NCBI RefSeq assembly: GCF_910580175.1
Contig: NZ_CAJTXD010000001.1
Span: forward strand, 10,597 to 74,596
Direction of reading: 5' to 3'
DNA length: 64,000 nucleotides
Source of the DNA: an uncultured Alistipes sp.
GTDB taxonomy: Bacteria; Bacteroidota; Bacteroidia; Bacteroidales; Rikenellaceae
Shown: piece after piece, positions 45,383 through 55,899 of the stretch
How the letters are laid out: every line of letters begins with the position of its first letter
How positions within the stretch are numbered: the stretch's first letter is position 1
Notes under the pieces: generated by a model
Databases searched by the model: none
What the model was told of the DNA's origin: nothing
The model's input: only the letters and a program-made list of their open reading frames with translations
Program-made: the position numbers and the translations under genes

Positions 45383-46536
45383 TTCCGCAGGGTAATTAGC
45401 GTGATTTCGGGCCAGGCGCCGAGTCGCATGGGATAGCCTACGCAGCCTATGCCGTCGTTGATGTAGAGCGTGCGGCCGTCTTGTCGGTAGGGGCCGCTCC
45501 AGCGTTTATAGAGCCAGGATGCCGGAGAAACCGAATGGCCGAAAAGGTCGATCTTCATCTGCATGCCATGCACGTGTCCCGCCAGCGTGAGGTCGCCGTG
45601 CCCGGTTTCGAGAATTTGCGGCCACAATTGGGGAAGATGCACGGCCGTGATGTTGAAAAGCGAGTCGGGCACGCCTGCATAGGTCTTGTCCAAGGTCGCG
45701 ACATGCAGTTGCGAGGCGTGGCGTTGCCGGTGTAATGCCGGATCGAACGAGATGCCCGACAGCGAAATGCTGTCTCCCTCGCGGTGCAGGTAAACGGTCG
45801 TGTCTTGTAGTACATGCCACCCTGCCTGCGTCTGCCGTTCGATCACTTGCGCCAGACTCTCGTCCGCAGGTTGCGCAACCGTATCCTTGATGTAGCGGCC
45901 CGTGTCATGGTTTCCCGTGACCGAGTAAACCGGCGCTGCAAGTGCGCCCAATTTTTGCAGGACGGCAGGTGTCAATTCGCTCGAACGGATGTTTACCAGG
46001 TCGCCCGTGAAGAGGATCAGGTCGGGATGCAGGGCATTGATGCTGTCGATCAGCCGGTTCAGTTCGCGGTCGGGGTGTACGAGCGTCCCGACGTGGAGGT
46101 CGGAAAATTGGACGATCCGCAGCCCGTCGAAACCGGCCGGCAGCCGGTCGGAGCATACTTCTATCGCGTTTATATGCAACGTCGTACGTCCTGCCGTAGC
46201 GCCCCACACCATGATGCCGGCGATGCCGAGGCCCGCCAGTACGCCGAGCCGGGGCCGATGCAATGCGTTGAACGCGTAGAAGCCGATCCGTGAAAATATG
46301 GCGACCATCCAGGCCCAAAATATCCACATCGTCCAGTGTATGTAGGCGGTCGAATGGTCGCGGAGCAGCAGGCCGGCGACGGCCACGATCAAAGGCAGGG
46401 AGTCGGTCAGCGCAGCCCATGCGATGAAGAGCCTGCGGCGCAGCGGGCCGACGCCTTCGCGCTTCAGCCGCCGGAGGTGGTGGCGGTCGGCTGCCACGGC
46501 GCAAAGGGCCAGCAGAATGACGATCGAATAGAGCAT
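45373..46536 (-). CDS. membrane-anchored metallophosphoesterase (YkuE-like)
   Basis: ATG at 46536 (MLYSIVILLALCAV) and 4 N-terminal TM segments. IVQFSDLHVG, LFTGDLVN, VTGNHD and GHVHG calcineurin-like motifs. 10-nt overlap with the RibD-like gene. Confidence 0.88.
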   Translation of the reverse strand: MLYSIVILLALCAVAADRHHLRRLKREGVGPLRRRLFIAWAALTDSLPLIVAVAGLLLRDHSTAYIHWTMWIFWAWMVAIFSRIGFYAFNALHRPRLGVLAGLGIAGIMVWGATAGRTTLHINAIEVCSDRLPAGFDGLRIVQFSDLHVGTLVHPDRELNRLIDSINALHPDLILFTGDLVNIRSSELTPAVLQKLGALAAPVYSVTGNHDTGRYIKDTVAQPADESLAQVIERQTQAGWHVLQDTTVYLHREGDSISLSGISFDPALHRQRHASQLHVATLDKTYAGVPDSLFNITAVHLPQLWPQILETGHGDLTLAGHVHGMQMKIDLFGHSVSPASWLYKRWSGPYRQDGRTLYINDGIGCVGYPMRLGAWPEITLITLRKCS

Positions 46537-46619
46537 ACCTATAAAATAAATATAACAGGAGCGGTTGCAAACCGGATGCCGGAAGCGAAGGTCGTGCGGC
46601 TGCGGCCGGTCTGCCGATG

Positions 46620-46627
46620 CAAAGATA
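46620..46627 (-). promoter_or_regulatory. -7 box (TAtcTTTG, within CTTGCGCTATCTTTG) for the metallophosphoesterase operon
   Basis: Plus-strand caaagata at 46620-46627, about 84 nt upstream of the ATG at 46536. Confidence 0.5.
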
Positions 46628-46850
46628 GCGCAAGCCGCTTGCAAAAGCAAGTCCGCTCACGGTTTGTTCTCGGGCATCGTCATGCAGTTGTGCGGAAGAA
46701 CGCAATTTTTGGGCATCCTCCTGCGAATCCGATTCGTGCTGCTGTCCTTTGGCATACAACTTGCTAATTTGCGGGATGAATATTAACCCGTTGTATTCCA
46801 AAAACTAAAAACGAGAAAGCTTTATTAAAAAACCAAATTTTATTCGGCTT

Positions 46851-48197
46851 ATGAAAACATTTCGACTTTTGACTGCGGCTTTGCTGCTCGCGACTTCCGC
46901 ATCGGCTCAGCGCTATCCGAACCAGGCCCAGGAGGGCGAGTATGCGCCCACGGTCTATCTGATCGCCGCCCAGGAGACCGAAACCATCGGCTGCGGCTGC
47001 GCGTCGCGCGAGACCGCTGCACTCCACCGCGCAACGGTAACCAACGCCACGCAAGACTATATCGACACCCATCGTCCCGGGTTCCAGCAGGTGGAAAAAC
47101 CGCAGTTCGTCTTCGCCACGAAGAATAACCGTTTCTCGTTCGCCGTGGGCGGTACGGTGGCTCTGCGCGCCGGTTACGACTTCAAGGGCATTTCGGACAA
47201 CATCGATTTCGTGCCTTACGACATTCCCATTCCGGGCAATTACAGCACGCGCCAGAAGCTGATGATGGACGCCACCACCTCGCGCGTCTTCCTGAAAGCC
47301 ATTACCAATACGGGTGCAGGCCGTGTCGTGGTGTTCTTCGATGCCGACTTCCGCGGCGGTCGCGAGGGCAGCTACACGCCTCGTGTGCGTTCGGCTTATG
47401 TATCGGCCAAGGGCTTCACGTTGGGTCGTGACGTGACGACGTTCTGCGATTTGCAGGCGGCGCCCACGACCATCGATTACCTGGGTCCCAACGCCTACAA
47501 CTTCAACTTCGCCACGATGATCCGCTACGAGGTAACGTTCGCCCGCGACCGGCTGACGTTCGGTGTGGCTGCCGAAATGCCCCATGTGAGCGGCACTTAC
47601 AACGATAACTTCTCTGCGCTGCGTCAGCGCGTGCCCGACTTCCCGGCATTCCTCCAGCTTTCTTGGGGCAACAACCGCGAGAGCCACATCCGCGCTTCGG
47701 GTGTCGTCCGCAACATGTACCTGCACAACGTGCGCACCGGCAACAACACTTCGTTGTTGGGTTGGGGCGCTCAGTTCAGCGGCCGCATCAAGGTAGCTCG
47801 TCCCGTCGTACTCTTTATGAACGGCGTCTACGGCCAGGGCATCACGCCTTACATCCAGGATCTTACCGGTTCGGGTCTCGACTTCACGCCCAATCCGCAG
47901 AACGCCGAGCAGATCCAGACCATGCCCATGTGGGGTTGGCAGGCCGCCGCACAGATCAATCTCTCGCGCAAGGTCTTCCTTTCGGGCGGTTATTCGATGG
48001 TGCGCGTAGAGCATAAGCACGGTTATTTCTCCGAGACCGAGTATCGCCAGGGCCAGTATATCTTCGGCAATATCTTCTACAAGGCTTCCGCACGCTGCCG
48101 TCTGGCCGCCGAATACCTCTACGGCCGTCGTTACGACATGAACAGCGTCCAGAACCACGCCAACCGTGTCAACGTGATGGTGCAGTACAACTTCTGA
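46851..48197 (+). CDS. putative outer membrane porin
   Basis: Signal peptide MKTFRLLTAALLLATSASAQ, alternating beta-strand pattern, and a C-terminal ...VNVMVQYNF with terminal Phe. Confidence 0.7.
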   Translation: MKTFRLLTAALLLATSASAQRYPNQAQEGEYAPTVYLIAAQETETIGCGCASRETAALHRATVTNATQDYIDTHRPGFQQVEKPQFVFATKNNRFSFAVGGTVALRAGYDFKGISDNIDFVPYDIPIPGNYSTRQKLMMDATTSRVFLKAITNTGAGRVVVFFDADFRGGREGSYTPRVRSAYVSAKGFTLGRDVTTFCDLQAAPTTIDYLGPNAYNFNFATMIRYEVTFARDRLTFGVAAEMPHVSGTYNDNFSALRQRVPDFPAFLQLSWGNNRESHIRASGVVRNMYLHNVRTGNNTSLLGWGAQFSGRIKVARPVVLFMNGVYGQGITPYIQDLTGSGLDFTPNPQNAEQIQTMPMWGWQAAAQINLSRKVFLSGGYSMVRVEHKHGYFSETEYRQGQYIFGNIFYKASARCRLAAEYLYGRRYDMNSVQNHANRVNVMVQYNF

Positions 48198-48270
48198 TTT
48201 CGCATCCTATTCCTTTTTTGCGAGCGGTTCCTCTTGGAATCGCCCGCTTTTTTATATTTTGGTTCAGCAT

Positions 48271-48334
48271 AAGATACTCGCGCTCGGCAAAATGCAAGCG
48301 AGCTTGCTTTGGCTCTCGCTTATTTGTATATTGG
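48271..48334 (+). repeat. 64-nt palindromic intergenic repeat, copy B (variant 1)
   Basis: AAGATACTCGCGCTCGGCAAAATGCAAGCGAGCTTGCTTTGGCTCTCGCTTATTTGTATATTGG. The -7 box is degenerate (TAtaTTGG). Confidence 0.8.
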
Positions 48335-48342
48335 CTTTGCCC

Positions 48343-48405
48343 AAGATACTTCGCCTCGGGCAAACAAATTTTATTTGTTTGCCCCTCGGCTTATTATTAT
48401 CTTTG
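48343..48405 (+). repeat. intergenic repeat, copy B' (variant 2, different hairpin core), tandem to copy B
   Basis: AAGATACTTCGCCTCGGGCAAACAAATTTTATTTGTTTGCCCCTCGGCTTATTATTATCTTTG. It has the same ends and layout as variant 1, a 12-bp perfect hairpin, and TAtcTTTG at 48398-48405. Confidence 0.75.
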
Positions 48406-48482
48406 TACGATTCAGCGGGGGTGCTCACATCCGATCGTCGGTCGGCGGACATGCCTGCGGATTTTTATTCGAATATTCGATT

Positions 48483-48785
48483 ATGGATTTTTTGGCTCAA
48501 TATAATTTGACCGGATTGGTCATCGGGGTGGTTACATTCCTCATCATCGGGTTGTTCCATCCTTTGGTCATCAAGGGGGAATATCATTTCGGCGTGCGGT
48601 GCTGGTGGGTTTTTCTCGTGATGGGCATCGCGGCTGTCACGGCATCGGTCGCCGTGCGGCATATTCTGTGGTCGACGCTGCTGGCCGTGTGGGGCGCTTC
48701 ATCGTTCTGGTCGATCGGCGAGTTGTTCGAGCAGCGCCGGCGCGTGGCCAGGGGGTGGTTCCCCAAAAAAGAAAAACAAGGTTGA
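48483..48785 (+). CDS. small membrane protein (DUF4491-like)
   Basis: ATG at 48483 (MDFLAQYNLTGLVIGVVTFLIIGLFHPLVIKGEYHFG). Three TM segments in 100 aa. Confidence 0.65.
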   Translation: MDFLAQYNLTGLVIGVVTFLIIGLFHPLVIKGEYHFGVRCWWVFLVMGIAAVTASVAVRHILWSTLLAVWGASSFWSIGELFEQRRRVARGWFPKKEKQG

Positions 48786-48814
48786 ACGGAGTGAAATCCA
48801 TCGTTTGCAGGAGG

Positions 48815-49873
48815 ATGAAACCAGGATGTCTGTCGGTTGGCTTGTGCCTGTTTTTCTGTTGTTTGGTCGGTTGCGGCCGGTCGTCGCCGTCCGGAGCGTG
48901 TCGCGAAGCGGAGGAGCCTGCGCCCGTGCAGGTCAGGTTGCTTTTTACGGGCGACGTGATGCAGCACATGTCGCAGATCGCTGCTGCCCGGCGGGACGAC
49001 GGATTCGATTATGATGAAATGCTCGCCGCCATGTTGCCTCGTTTTCGGGCGGCTGATTTGGTGGTGGTCAATCTGGAGACCACGCTTACCCGTTCGTCTC
49101 GTTATACGGGCTACCCTCTTTTCCGTTCTCCTGTTGCGTTGGCCGATGCTCTGGCCCGGGCCGGAGTCGATGTGGCAACGCTGGCCAACAACCATTGTTG
49201 CGATGGCGGCGGTGCCGGGGTGCGGACGACCGTCGAGGAGTTGACGCGCTGCGGCATGCGGCATACGGGCGTTTTCGCCGACAGTCTCGACCGGGCGGTA
49301 AATCATCCGTTATACGTTGAGCGTCAGGGTATACGCTTTGCCTTTCTCAACTATACATACGGCACCAACGGCATGCCGGTGCCGCGCGGCACGACGGTCA
49401 ACTTCATCGACACGGTGCGTATGGCTCGCGATTTGGCCGCCGCCGGTCGGGAGGGTGTCGATTGTACGGTGGTTTGCATCCACTGGGGCAACGAGTACCA
49501 GCGGCGGCCCAATGCTTCTCAACGGCGTTTGGCCGATTTCTTGCGGCGGCATGGAGCCGACCTTATCATCGGCCACCATCCCCATGTGGTGCAGCCCTGC
49601 GAGGCCGATTCGACGCATGTCGTGCTGTTCTCGCTCGGCAATTTCGTCTCGAATCAGCGTAAACGTTATTGCGACGGAGGGTTGGTGGCGGAGATCGATG
49701 CCGTGCGTCATCCCGACGGACGGATGACCTATGCGCTGCGGACGGTGCCGGTGTGGGTGGCGATGCCCGGCTTTCGGGTGCTGCCTCCCGAGGCGGCCGA
49801 CACCTTGTCCCTGCCGCCGGCCTATCGGTTGTTCCGCGAAGATACCGGCGCACTCCTCGGAAAGGGTTTATAA
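48815..49873 (+). CDS. CapA family (PGA_cap) metallophosphatase-like lipoprotein
   Basis: ATG at 48815. Lipobox [28 protein letters not shown] and GHHPHVVQP. Confidence 0.85.
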   Translation: MKPGCLSVGLCLFFCCLVGCGRSSPSGACREAEEPAPVQVRLLFTGDVMQHMSQIAAARRDDGFDYDEMLAAMLPRFRAADLVVVNLETTLTRSSRYTGYPLFRSPVALADALARAGVDVATLANNHCCDGGGAGVRTTVEELTRCGMRHTGVFADSLDRAVNHPLYVERQGIRFAFLNYTYGTNGMPVPRGTTVNFIDTVRMARDLAAAGREGVDCTVVCIHWGNEYQRRPNASQRRLADFLRRHGADLIIGHHPHVVQPCEADSTHVVLFSLGNFVSNQRKRYCDGGLVAEIDAVRHPDGRMTYALRTVPVWVAMPGFRVLPPEAADTLSLPPAYRLFREDTGALLGKGL

Positions 49874-49979
49874 GTGCGCCTTAAGGGCCGATGAGGCCTT
49901 GCAGGCTTATTGGGCCTTGGTTTGTTGCGATATTTGCAGCAGAGGTGCGTGCAAACATCAACAACCAACATCATCGATC

Positions 49980-50558
49980 ATGGGAAAGAGTATCAAGGGT
50001 ACCCGCACCGAGCAGAATCTGCTCAAGGCTTTCGCCGGCGAGAGTCAGGCGCGCAGCCGCTATGCTTTTTTTGCGAGCAAAGCCAAGAAGGAGGGGTACG
50101 AACAGGTCGCCGGCGTCTTTCTGGAGACTGCCGAGCAGGAGAAAGAACATGCCGAGCGGTTCTTCAAGTTTCTGGAGGGCGGGCATGTCGAAATCACAGC
50201 CACCTACCCTGCTGAACCGATCGGCACCACGCCGGAGAATCTGTTGGCTGCGGCGCATGGCGAGCGTGAGGAGTGGGACGTGCTCTACCGCGATTTCGCC
50301 GGCACGGCCGAGGAGGAGGGTTTTCCGGAGATCGCCACGGCGTTCCGCATGATTTCGACCGTCGAGGCGCAGCACGAGGAGCGCTATCTGAAGCTGTTGA
50401 GCCGTTTTTCGGAGGGCGATTTCTTCAAGCGCGACGGCAAAATCTGGTGGCAGTGCCGCAATTGCGGCTATGTCTGCGAAGCCTCCGAGGCTCCGAAAGT
50501 CTGCCCTGCATGTCAGCATTCGCAGGCTTATTTCGAGCCGAAAAAGACCAACTATTGA
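49980..50558 (+). CDS. rubrerythrin
   Basis: ATG at 49980. [19 protein letters not shown]...EQEKEHA (diiron ferritin-like domain). C-terminal rubredoxin motif CRNCGY...CPACQH. Confidence 0.92.
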   Translation: MGKSIKGTRTEQNLLKAFAGESQARSRYAFFASKAKKEGYEQVAGVFLETAEQEKEHAERFFKFLEGGHVEITATYPAEPIGTTPENLLAAAHGEREEWDVLYRDFAGTAEEEGFPEIATAFRMISTVEAQHEERYLKLLSRFSEGDFFKRDGKIWWQCRNCGYVCEASEAPKVCPACQHSQAYFEPKKTNY

Positions 50559-50615
50559 CCCCGTATCCCGTCTGCACTTTTTTGCCGTTGATCCGTGTCG
50601 GGCGACGGTTATAAG

Positions 50616-50656
50616 GAAAGACCTTGCCGCACTGCGGCAAGGTCTTTCTCTGTTTT
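50616..50656 (+). terminator. intrinsic terminator after the rubrerythrin gene
   Basis: GAAAGACCTTGCCGC (50616-50630), loop ACT, GCGGCAAGGTCTTTC (50634-50648), then TCTGTTTT. Confidence 0.8.
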
Positions 50657-50671
50657 CGTCGAGCCGCGGGA

Positions 50672-50866
50672 TTATCGCTCGCGGACGGGCAGACTGTATT
50701 TTATCTTGACCTTGCGTCCGCGCTGGACGGCGGGTGTCCATGCGGGCGATCGTTTCAGCGTCTGTTGCAGGACGATTGCTTTTGCAAATTCGCAGTTTTC
50801 CGTTTTGATGGTTTCTTTGTTATGCTTTGCGTAGTTGCGGCGTTCGTGTCGATAGGCGTCGACCAA
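50672..50866 (-). pseudogene. possible remnant of a TonB C-terminal domain gene
   Basis: The 64-codon ORF has only a TTG start. Its tail AIVLQQTLKRSPAWTPAVQRGRKVKIKYSLPVRE resembles the end of TonB_C. The N-terminal parts of such a protein are absent. Confidence 0.3.
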
Positions 50867-50893
50867 CTTTAGGTTTGCGGCGTTCGTGTCGAT
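50835..50893 (+). repeat. 19-nt direct repeat, two copies 40 nt apart
   Basis: TTGCGGCGTTCGTGTCGAT at 50835-50853 and at 50875-50893, just beyond the S41 peptidase stop. Confidence 0.85.
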
Positions 50894-50894
50894 T

Positions 50895-52475
50895 TTACGG
50901 TTCCAGTATGGGGCGGCCCAGGTTCTCCCAATCGTCGAGTATCGCCAAGGCTTGTCCGTATGTCCGGTCTGCCGAGGTGTTGACCACCCGATAATAGGCT
51001 TCTGCGCCGAAAAGATATCGGGCCAAGAGCGCTTTCAGATCGGTGCGCATGCGCGGTGCGGCACGGACGAACCCGCTTTCGTCGAAGTCGATGCCTTGTC
51101 GGGCGCCGGCTTCTGCCAACTCATAAAGCATGCTGTCGCCGACCGGATAGTCCCGGATAAAAAGTTCTTCCGTAGGATAGGATGTCTCCATGACTCCGCG
51201 TTCGCGTTCCATGCGGTCGATCGCATAGTCGTTGACGATGCCGTTTCGCAGCAAGGTCGTATAATATGGCGTGTACCCTGCCGTGTCGGCCGCGATCACG
51301 ATGTCGGGCCGGATACCTCCGTCGCCGTAGACCGTGCGTCCGCTGTGCAGCGTCCGATAGGCCGGTGCCGTCTGGAGCGAATCGGTCGCCTGCGGATGAT
51401 CGCGTAGATGATCGAGATAGTATTCGCGCCGGTTGCCGTTTTCGTAGGGGCGTTGGATGATCCGTCCGGAGGGGGTGCGATAGCGGGCTGTCGTAATTCG
51501 GATAGCCGATCCGTCGGACAGGCGCACTTGCCTTTGCACCAGTCCTTTGCCGAAACTCGTGCGGCCGAGGACGACGCCCCGGTCCCAGTCTTGGATGGCT
51601 CCGGCTACGATTTCCGAGGCCGAAGCCGATTTTTCGTCGATCAGTACGGCCAGTTTGCAGTGCCGGGCCGGGCCGTTGGCCGGTGCTTCGTACATCATAT
51701 CCTTGACCGCCCGGCCTTCGGTCGAGACGATCCGCGCGCCGCGCGGCAGGAAGAAGCCGGCCAGTTCGATGGCTTGTTGGAGCAGTCCTCCGCTGTTGCC
51801 CCGCAGATCGAGAATCAGGCGTTCAGGGGCGCCCAGTTTTTTGTAGGCCTGGCGGAAATCCGTCGAGGTCGTGCGCCCGAAGCGGTTTACCTTGATGTAG
51901 CCGATTCCGTTTTCGGTCAGGTAGGCCGCATCGACCGTCCGCAGGGGGATCATGTCGCGTTCGATGTCGAAATGCAGCGGTGCGGAGTGCCCCCGCCGCA
52001 CGATGTCGATCCCCACGCGCGATCCGCGTTTGCCGCGCAGATGTCCCGGCACGGCGTCTCGGGCGATGCCTATGGCGTCGAGCGTGTCGATCCTTATAAT
52101 CCGGTCTCCGGGCAGTACGCCGGCACGTTGTGCCGGACTTCCGTCGAGAATACCTACTACGATCGCTGTGTCGCGCAGGATGCCGAACTCGATGCCTACG
52201 CCGCTGAATTCGCCTTCGACGCTGGCGTCGACCTGTTGCATATCTTCGGCGTCGATGTAGGCCGAATGGGGATCGAGTTTGCCCAGCATGCCTTCGATGG
52301 CCCCTTCGATCAGCGGGCCGGGTTCCACCTCGTCGACATAAAACCGGTTCAGATAGCGGTAGATCTGCGTGAATTTTTGCAATTGTTCGCCAGCCGGGTC
52401 GCCCGCGGGCGTCTGGCCATAGGCCCGGAGACAAACCAGGGTCTGCAAAACGAGAAGTGCAAAGATACAGCGCAT
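50895..52475 (-). CDS. S41 family C-terminal processing peptidase
   Basis: PDZ region (GIEFGILRDTAIVVGILDGSPAQRAGVLPGD). Catalytic regions LDLRGNSGGLL and SASASEI. Confidence 0.9.
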   Translation of the reverse strand: MRCIFALLVLQTLVCLRAYGQTPAGDPAGEQLQKFTQIYRYLNRFYVDEVEPGPLIEGAIEGMLGKLDPHSAYIDAEDMQQVDASVEGEFSGVGIEFGILRDTAIVVGILDGSPAQRAGVLPGDRIIRIDTLDAIGIARDAVPGHLRGKRGSRVGIDIVRRGHSAPLHFDIERDMIPLRTVDAAYLTENGIGYIKVNRFGRTTSTDFRQAYKKLGAPERLILDLRGNSGGLLQQAIELAGFFLPRGARIVSTEGRAVKDMMYEAPANGPARHCKLAVLIDEKSASASEIVAGAIQDWDRGVVLGRTSFGKGLVQRQVRLSDGSAIRITTARYRTPSGRIIQRPYENGNRREYYLDHLRDHPQATDSLQTAPAYRTLHSGRTVYGDGGIRPDIVIAADTAGYTPYYTTLLRNGIVNDYAIDRMERERGVMETSYPTEELFIRDYPVGDSMLYELAEAGARQGIDFDESGFVRAAPRMRTDLKALLARYLFGAEAYYRVVNTSADRTYGQALAILDDWENLGRPILEP

Positions 52476-52659
52476 CGGAGCGAACGGTTAAAGGAATGAA
52501 GCGTGGGCGGTTGCCGTCTGGGCGACCCGCAAGCGACTGCCGGACGGTGTATGAAAGCGCAACCACAAAGTTTGCGCTTTCATGGGGCCGGAGTTGCGAC
52601 GGGCATGTGTCGGCAAACGGCATGCCGCACTTTTTGCCGCCGTCTGCGGTGTGTCCGTT

Positions 52660-54000
52660 TTATTGGAGGTGTTGCGCCAGTTCGCCGAACGGCACCTGCC
52701 GTTGTTCGCCCGAGCGCATGTCCTTGAGCGTTACGGCTTGTGTTTCCAGTTCTTGCGATCCGACGATCGCCACGAACGGCACGGAGCGGCGGTTGGCATA
52801 TTCCATCTGTTTCTTCATCTTGGCCGCTTCGGGGTAGATTTCAGCCGGGACGCCTGCGTCGCGCAGCCCGCGCAGCAGTTCGAGGCTGGCGGCCTCCTCG
52901 TCGGCTCCGAGGTTGACGAACAGCACCCGGGTCGAGTTGTCGACCTCCTCGGGGAAAAGGTTCAGCCCCGTCATCACGTCGTAGATGCGGTCGGCGCCGA
53001 ACGAAATGCCCACGCCCGACATGCCCGGCATGCCGAAGATGCCCGTGAGGTCGTCGTAGCGTCCGCCGCCGCAGATCGACCCGATGGCGTAGTCGAGCGC
53101 CTTGACTTCGAAGATGGCCCCTGTGTAGTAGTTCAGTCCGCGGGCCAGCGAAAGGTCGATTTCGACGGGCAGCTGCAATTTCAGCCGTTCGATGTGGCCC
53201 AGGACGGTCTCCATCTCCTCGATGCCTTGCAGCCCGGTTTCCGAGGTGCTGATTGCTTGGCGCAAATGGGTTAGTTTCTGCCTGTTGTCTCCCGTTAGTT
53301 CAAGTATCGGTTGCAGCCGATCGATCGCCTGCGGTTCCAGCCCGCGGTCGAGCAGTTCGGCCTTCACGTTGTCCAGTCCGATCTTTTCCAGTTTGTCGAT
53401 GGCTACCGTGATGTCGGTCATCTTGTCGGCATGGCCGATGGTTTCGGCGATGCCGTAGAGAATCTTGCGGTTGTTCATCTTGAGCGTCACGCGGATGCCC
53501 AAGGCCCGGAAGACGCGTTCCACGATTTCGGCCAGCTCCACTTCGCACAGCAGCGACCGCGTGCCGATCACGTCGACGTCGCATTGGTAGAATTCGCGGT
53601 AGCGCCCTTTCTGCGGTCGGTCGGCGCGCCATACGGGCTGCACCTGGTAGCGTTTGAACGGGAAGGACAACTCGCCCTGATGTTGCACGACGTAACGTGC
53701 GAACGGCACGGTCAGGTCGTAGCGCAGGCCCTTTTCGCAGATTTTCGACGCTTGCCGCACTTCCTCGTCGGCGAGGCCCGCGGCGTAGTCGCCCGAGTTA
53801 AGAATCTTGAACAGCAGCTTGTCGCCCTCGTCGCCGTATTTTCCCAGCAGCGTCGAGAGGTTCTCCATCGACGGGGTTTCGAGCGGCGCGAAGCCGTAGA
53901 GCCGGAACACCCCTTTGATGGTGTCGAATATGTAGTTGCGGCGCATCATCTCCAGCGGGGAGAAGTCGCGCGTACCCTTGGGAATCGAAGGTTTCTGCAT
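52660..54000 (-). CDS. hisS: histidine--tRNA ligase
   Basis: [15 protein letters not shown]..., class II motifs [27 protein letters not shown] and GGGRYD, and an anticodon-binding C-terminus. Confidence 0.95.
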   Translation of the reverse strand: MQKPSIPKGTRDFSPLEMMRRNYIFDTIKGVFRLYGFAPLETPSMENLSTLLGKYGDEGDKLLFKILNSGDYAAGLADEEVRQASKICEKGLRYDLTVPFARYVVQHQGELSFPFKRYQVQPVWRADRPQKGRYREFYQCDVDVIGTRSLLCEVELAEIVERVFRALGIRVTLKMNNRKILYGIAETIGHADKMTDITVAIDKLEKIGLDNVKAELLDRGLEPQAIDRLQPILELTGDNRQKLTHLRQAISTSETGLQGIEEMETVLGHIERLKLQLPVEIDLSLARGLNYYTGAIFEVKALDYAIGSICGGGRYDDLTGIFGMPGMSGVGISFGADRIYDVMTGLNLFPEEVDNSTRVLFVNLGADEEAASLELLRGLRDAGVPAEIYPEAAKMKKQMEYANRRSVPFVAIVGSQELETQAVTLKDMRSGEQRQVPFGELAQHLQ

Positions 54001-54103
54001 CTTGCTAAATGAACTTTGTGTGCGGACGGAAGTCGGGAGAACCTGCTGTCCGTGGAGACCGGACGCCGGCCGATCGCCCTCCCGCCGCCGAAGAATTTGG
54101 ATG

Positions 54104-55780
54104 TCAGTTTTCTATCAGTTTGCGGTATTTCACGCGGTGCGGTTCCGTGTCGCCGCCCTGGGCGCGTTTCCAGGCTTCGAATTCACTGTACGATCCCTCG
54201 TAGAAGACCACTTGCGAGTCGCCCTCGAACGAAAGGATGTGCGTAGCGATGCGGTCGAGGAACCAGCGGTCGTGCGAGATGACCACGGCGCAGCCGGCGA
54301 AGTTTTCGAGACCCTCCTCCAGCGCCCGCAGCGTGTTCACGTCGATGTCGTTCGTCGGCTCGTCCAGCAGCAGTACGTTGCCTTCTTCCTTGAGTGCCAG
54401 AGCCAGATGCAGGCGGTTGCGTTCGCCGCCCGAGAGCATGCCGCACTTCTTCTCCTGGTCGGCTCCCGTGAAGTTGAAGCGGGCGATGTAGGCCCGGGCG
54501 TTGATCTGGCGGTTGCCCAGCGTGATGAGGTCGGCGCCGCCCGAAACTACTTCGTAGACCGATTTTTCGGGATCGATCGATTGGTGCTGCTGGTCGACGT
54601 AGGCCAGCTTCACGGTCGGCCCCACGCGGAACGATCCTTCCGTAGGCGTGTCCAGTCCCATGATCATGCGGAAAAGGGTGGTTTTCCCCGTGCCGTTGGG
54701 GCCGATGACGCCCACGATACCTGCCGGGGGCAGCGAGAAGTTGAGACCTTCGTACAACACCCGGTCGCCGAACGCTTTTTTCACACCCTGGGCTTCGATT
54801 ACCACGTCGCCCAGACGCGGGCCGTTGGGAATGAAGATTTCGAGTTTCTCCTCCTTCTGCTTCGTGTCTTCGTTCATCATCTTGTCGTAGGCCGAAAGTC
54901 GGGCCTTCGACTTGGCATGACGGCCCGAGGGCGACATGCGCACCCACTCCAGCTCGCGTTCCAGGGTTTTGCGACGCTTCGACTCCTGCTTCTCTTCCAT
55001 GGCCATGCGGGCGGTCTTCTGTTCGAGCCAGCCCGAGTAGTTGCCTTTCCAGGGGATGCCTTCGCCGCGGTCGAGTTCGAGGATCCACCCGGCCACGTTG
55101 TCCAGGAAGTAGCGGTCGTGCGTCACGGCGATGACCGTGCCTTTGTATTGTTGAAGGTGTTGTTCGAGCCAGTCGATCGACTCGGCGTCGAGGTGGTTGG
55201 TCGGCTCGTCCAGCAGCAATACGTCGGGCTGCTGCAACAGCAGGCGGCACAAGGCCACGCGGCGCCGTTCGCCGCCCGACAGCACGGCGATCTTCTGGTC
55301 GGCCTCCGGGCACCGCAGGGCGTCCATCGCGCGATCCAGCACGCTGTCGATCTCCCAGCCGTTGGCGTGGTCGATCTTTTCGTAGAGTTCGCCCTGGCGT
55401 TCGATCATGCGGGCCATTTCGTCGTCCGAGATCGGCTCGCACAACTTCATGTTGATCTCTTCGTATTCTTTCAGCAGTGCGATCGTCTCGGCGCAGCCTT
55501 CTTCGACCGCTTCGCGCACCGTCTTTTCGGGGTCGAGCTGCGGCTCCTGCTCCAGGTAGCCCACCGAGTAGCCCGGCGAGAAGACCACTTCGCCCTGGAA
55601 GTTTTTGTCCACGCCGGCGATGATCTTCATCAGAGTCGATTTTCCCGAGCCGTTCAGACCGATGATGCCGATCTTGGCGCCATAGAAAAACGAGAGGTAG
55701 ATGTTGTTGAGTACTTTTTTCTGGTTGGTGAACATCTTGGAAACGCCCACCATCGAGAAGATGATTTTTTCGTCTGCCAT
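54104..55780 (-). CDS. ettA: ABC-F translational throttle protein EttA
   Basis: Two ABC cassettes (GLNGSGKST and GPNGTGKTT), [11 protein letters not shown] and [11 protein letters not shown], and a PtIM-type linker. 558 aa. Confidence 0.92.
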   Translation of the reverse strand: MADEKIIFSMVGVSKMFTNQKKVLNNIYLSFFYGAKIGIIGLNGSGKSTLMKIIAGVDKNFQGEVVFSPGYSVGYLEQEPQLDPEKTVREAVEEGCAETIALLKEYEEINMKLCEPISDDEMARMIERQGELYEKIDHANGWEIDSVLDRAMDALRCPEADQKIAVLSGGERRRVALCRLLLQQPDVLLLDEPTNHLDAESIDWLEQHLQQYKGTVIAVTHDRYFLDNVAGWILELDRGEGIPWKGNYSGWLEQKTARMAMEEKQESKRRKTLERELEWVRMSPSGRHAKSKARLSAYDKMMNEDTKQKEEKLEIFIPNGPRLGDVVIEAQGVKKAFGDRVLYEGLNFSLPPAGIVGVIGPNGTGKTTLFRMIMGLDTPTEGSFRVGPTVKLAYVDQQHQSIDPEKSVYEVVSGGADLITLGNRQINARAYIARFNFTGADQEKKCGMLSGGERNRLHLALALKEEGNVLLLDEPTNDIDVNTLRALEEGLENFAGCAVVISHDRWFLDRIATHILSFEGDSQVVFYEGSYSEFEAWKRAQGGDTEPHRVKYRKLIEN

Positions 55781-55899
55781 ATAACTGAGGTCGTTGTTTT
55801 GTCAGATGGAATAGCTTTGCATATTCTGCAAATATACGACGGAATAACGAAAAATCCGCACGAAACCGGAAAAACTGCATTCCGCCGGCGTGGCGAGGC

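Noticed and set aside
44203-46536. An FMN riboswitch upstream of the RibD-like gene.
   Set aside because: The gene is internal to an operon and overlaps the upstream ORF. The operon leader (46537-46620) is short and shows no FMN-element-like conserved helices that I could recognise.
50835-50893. A possible CRISPR or tandem-repeat array.
   Set aside because: There are only two 19-nt copies, no further repeats and no cas genes anywhere in the window.
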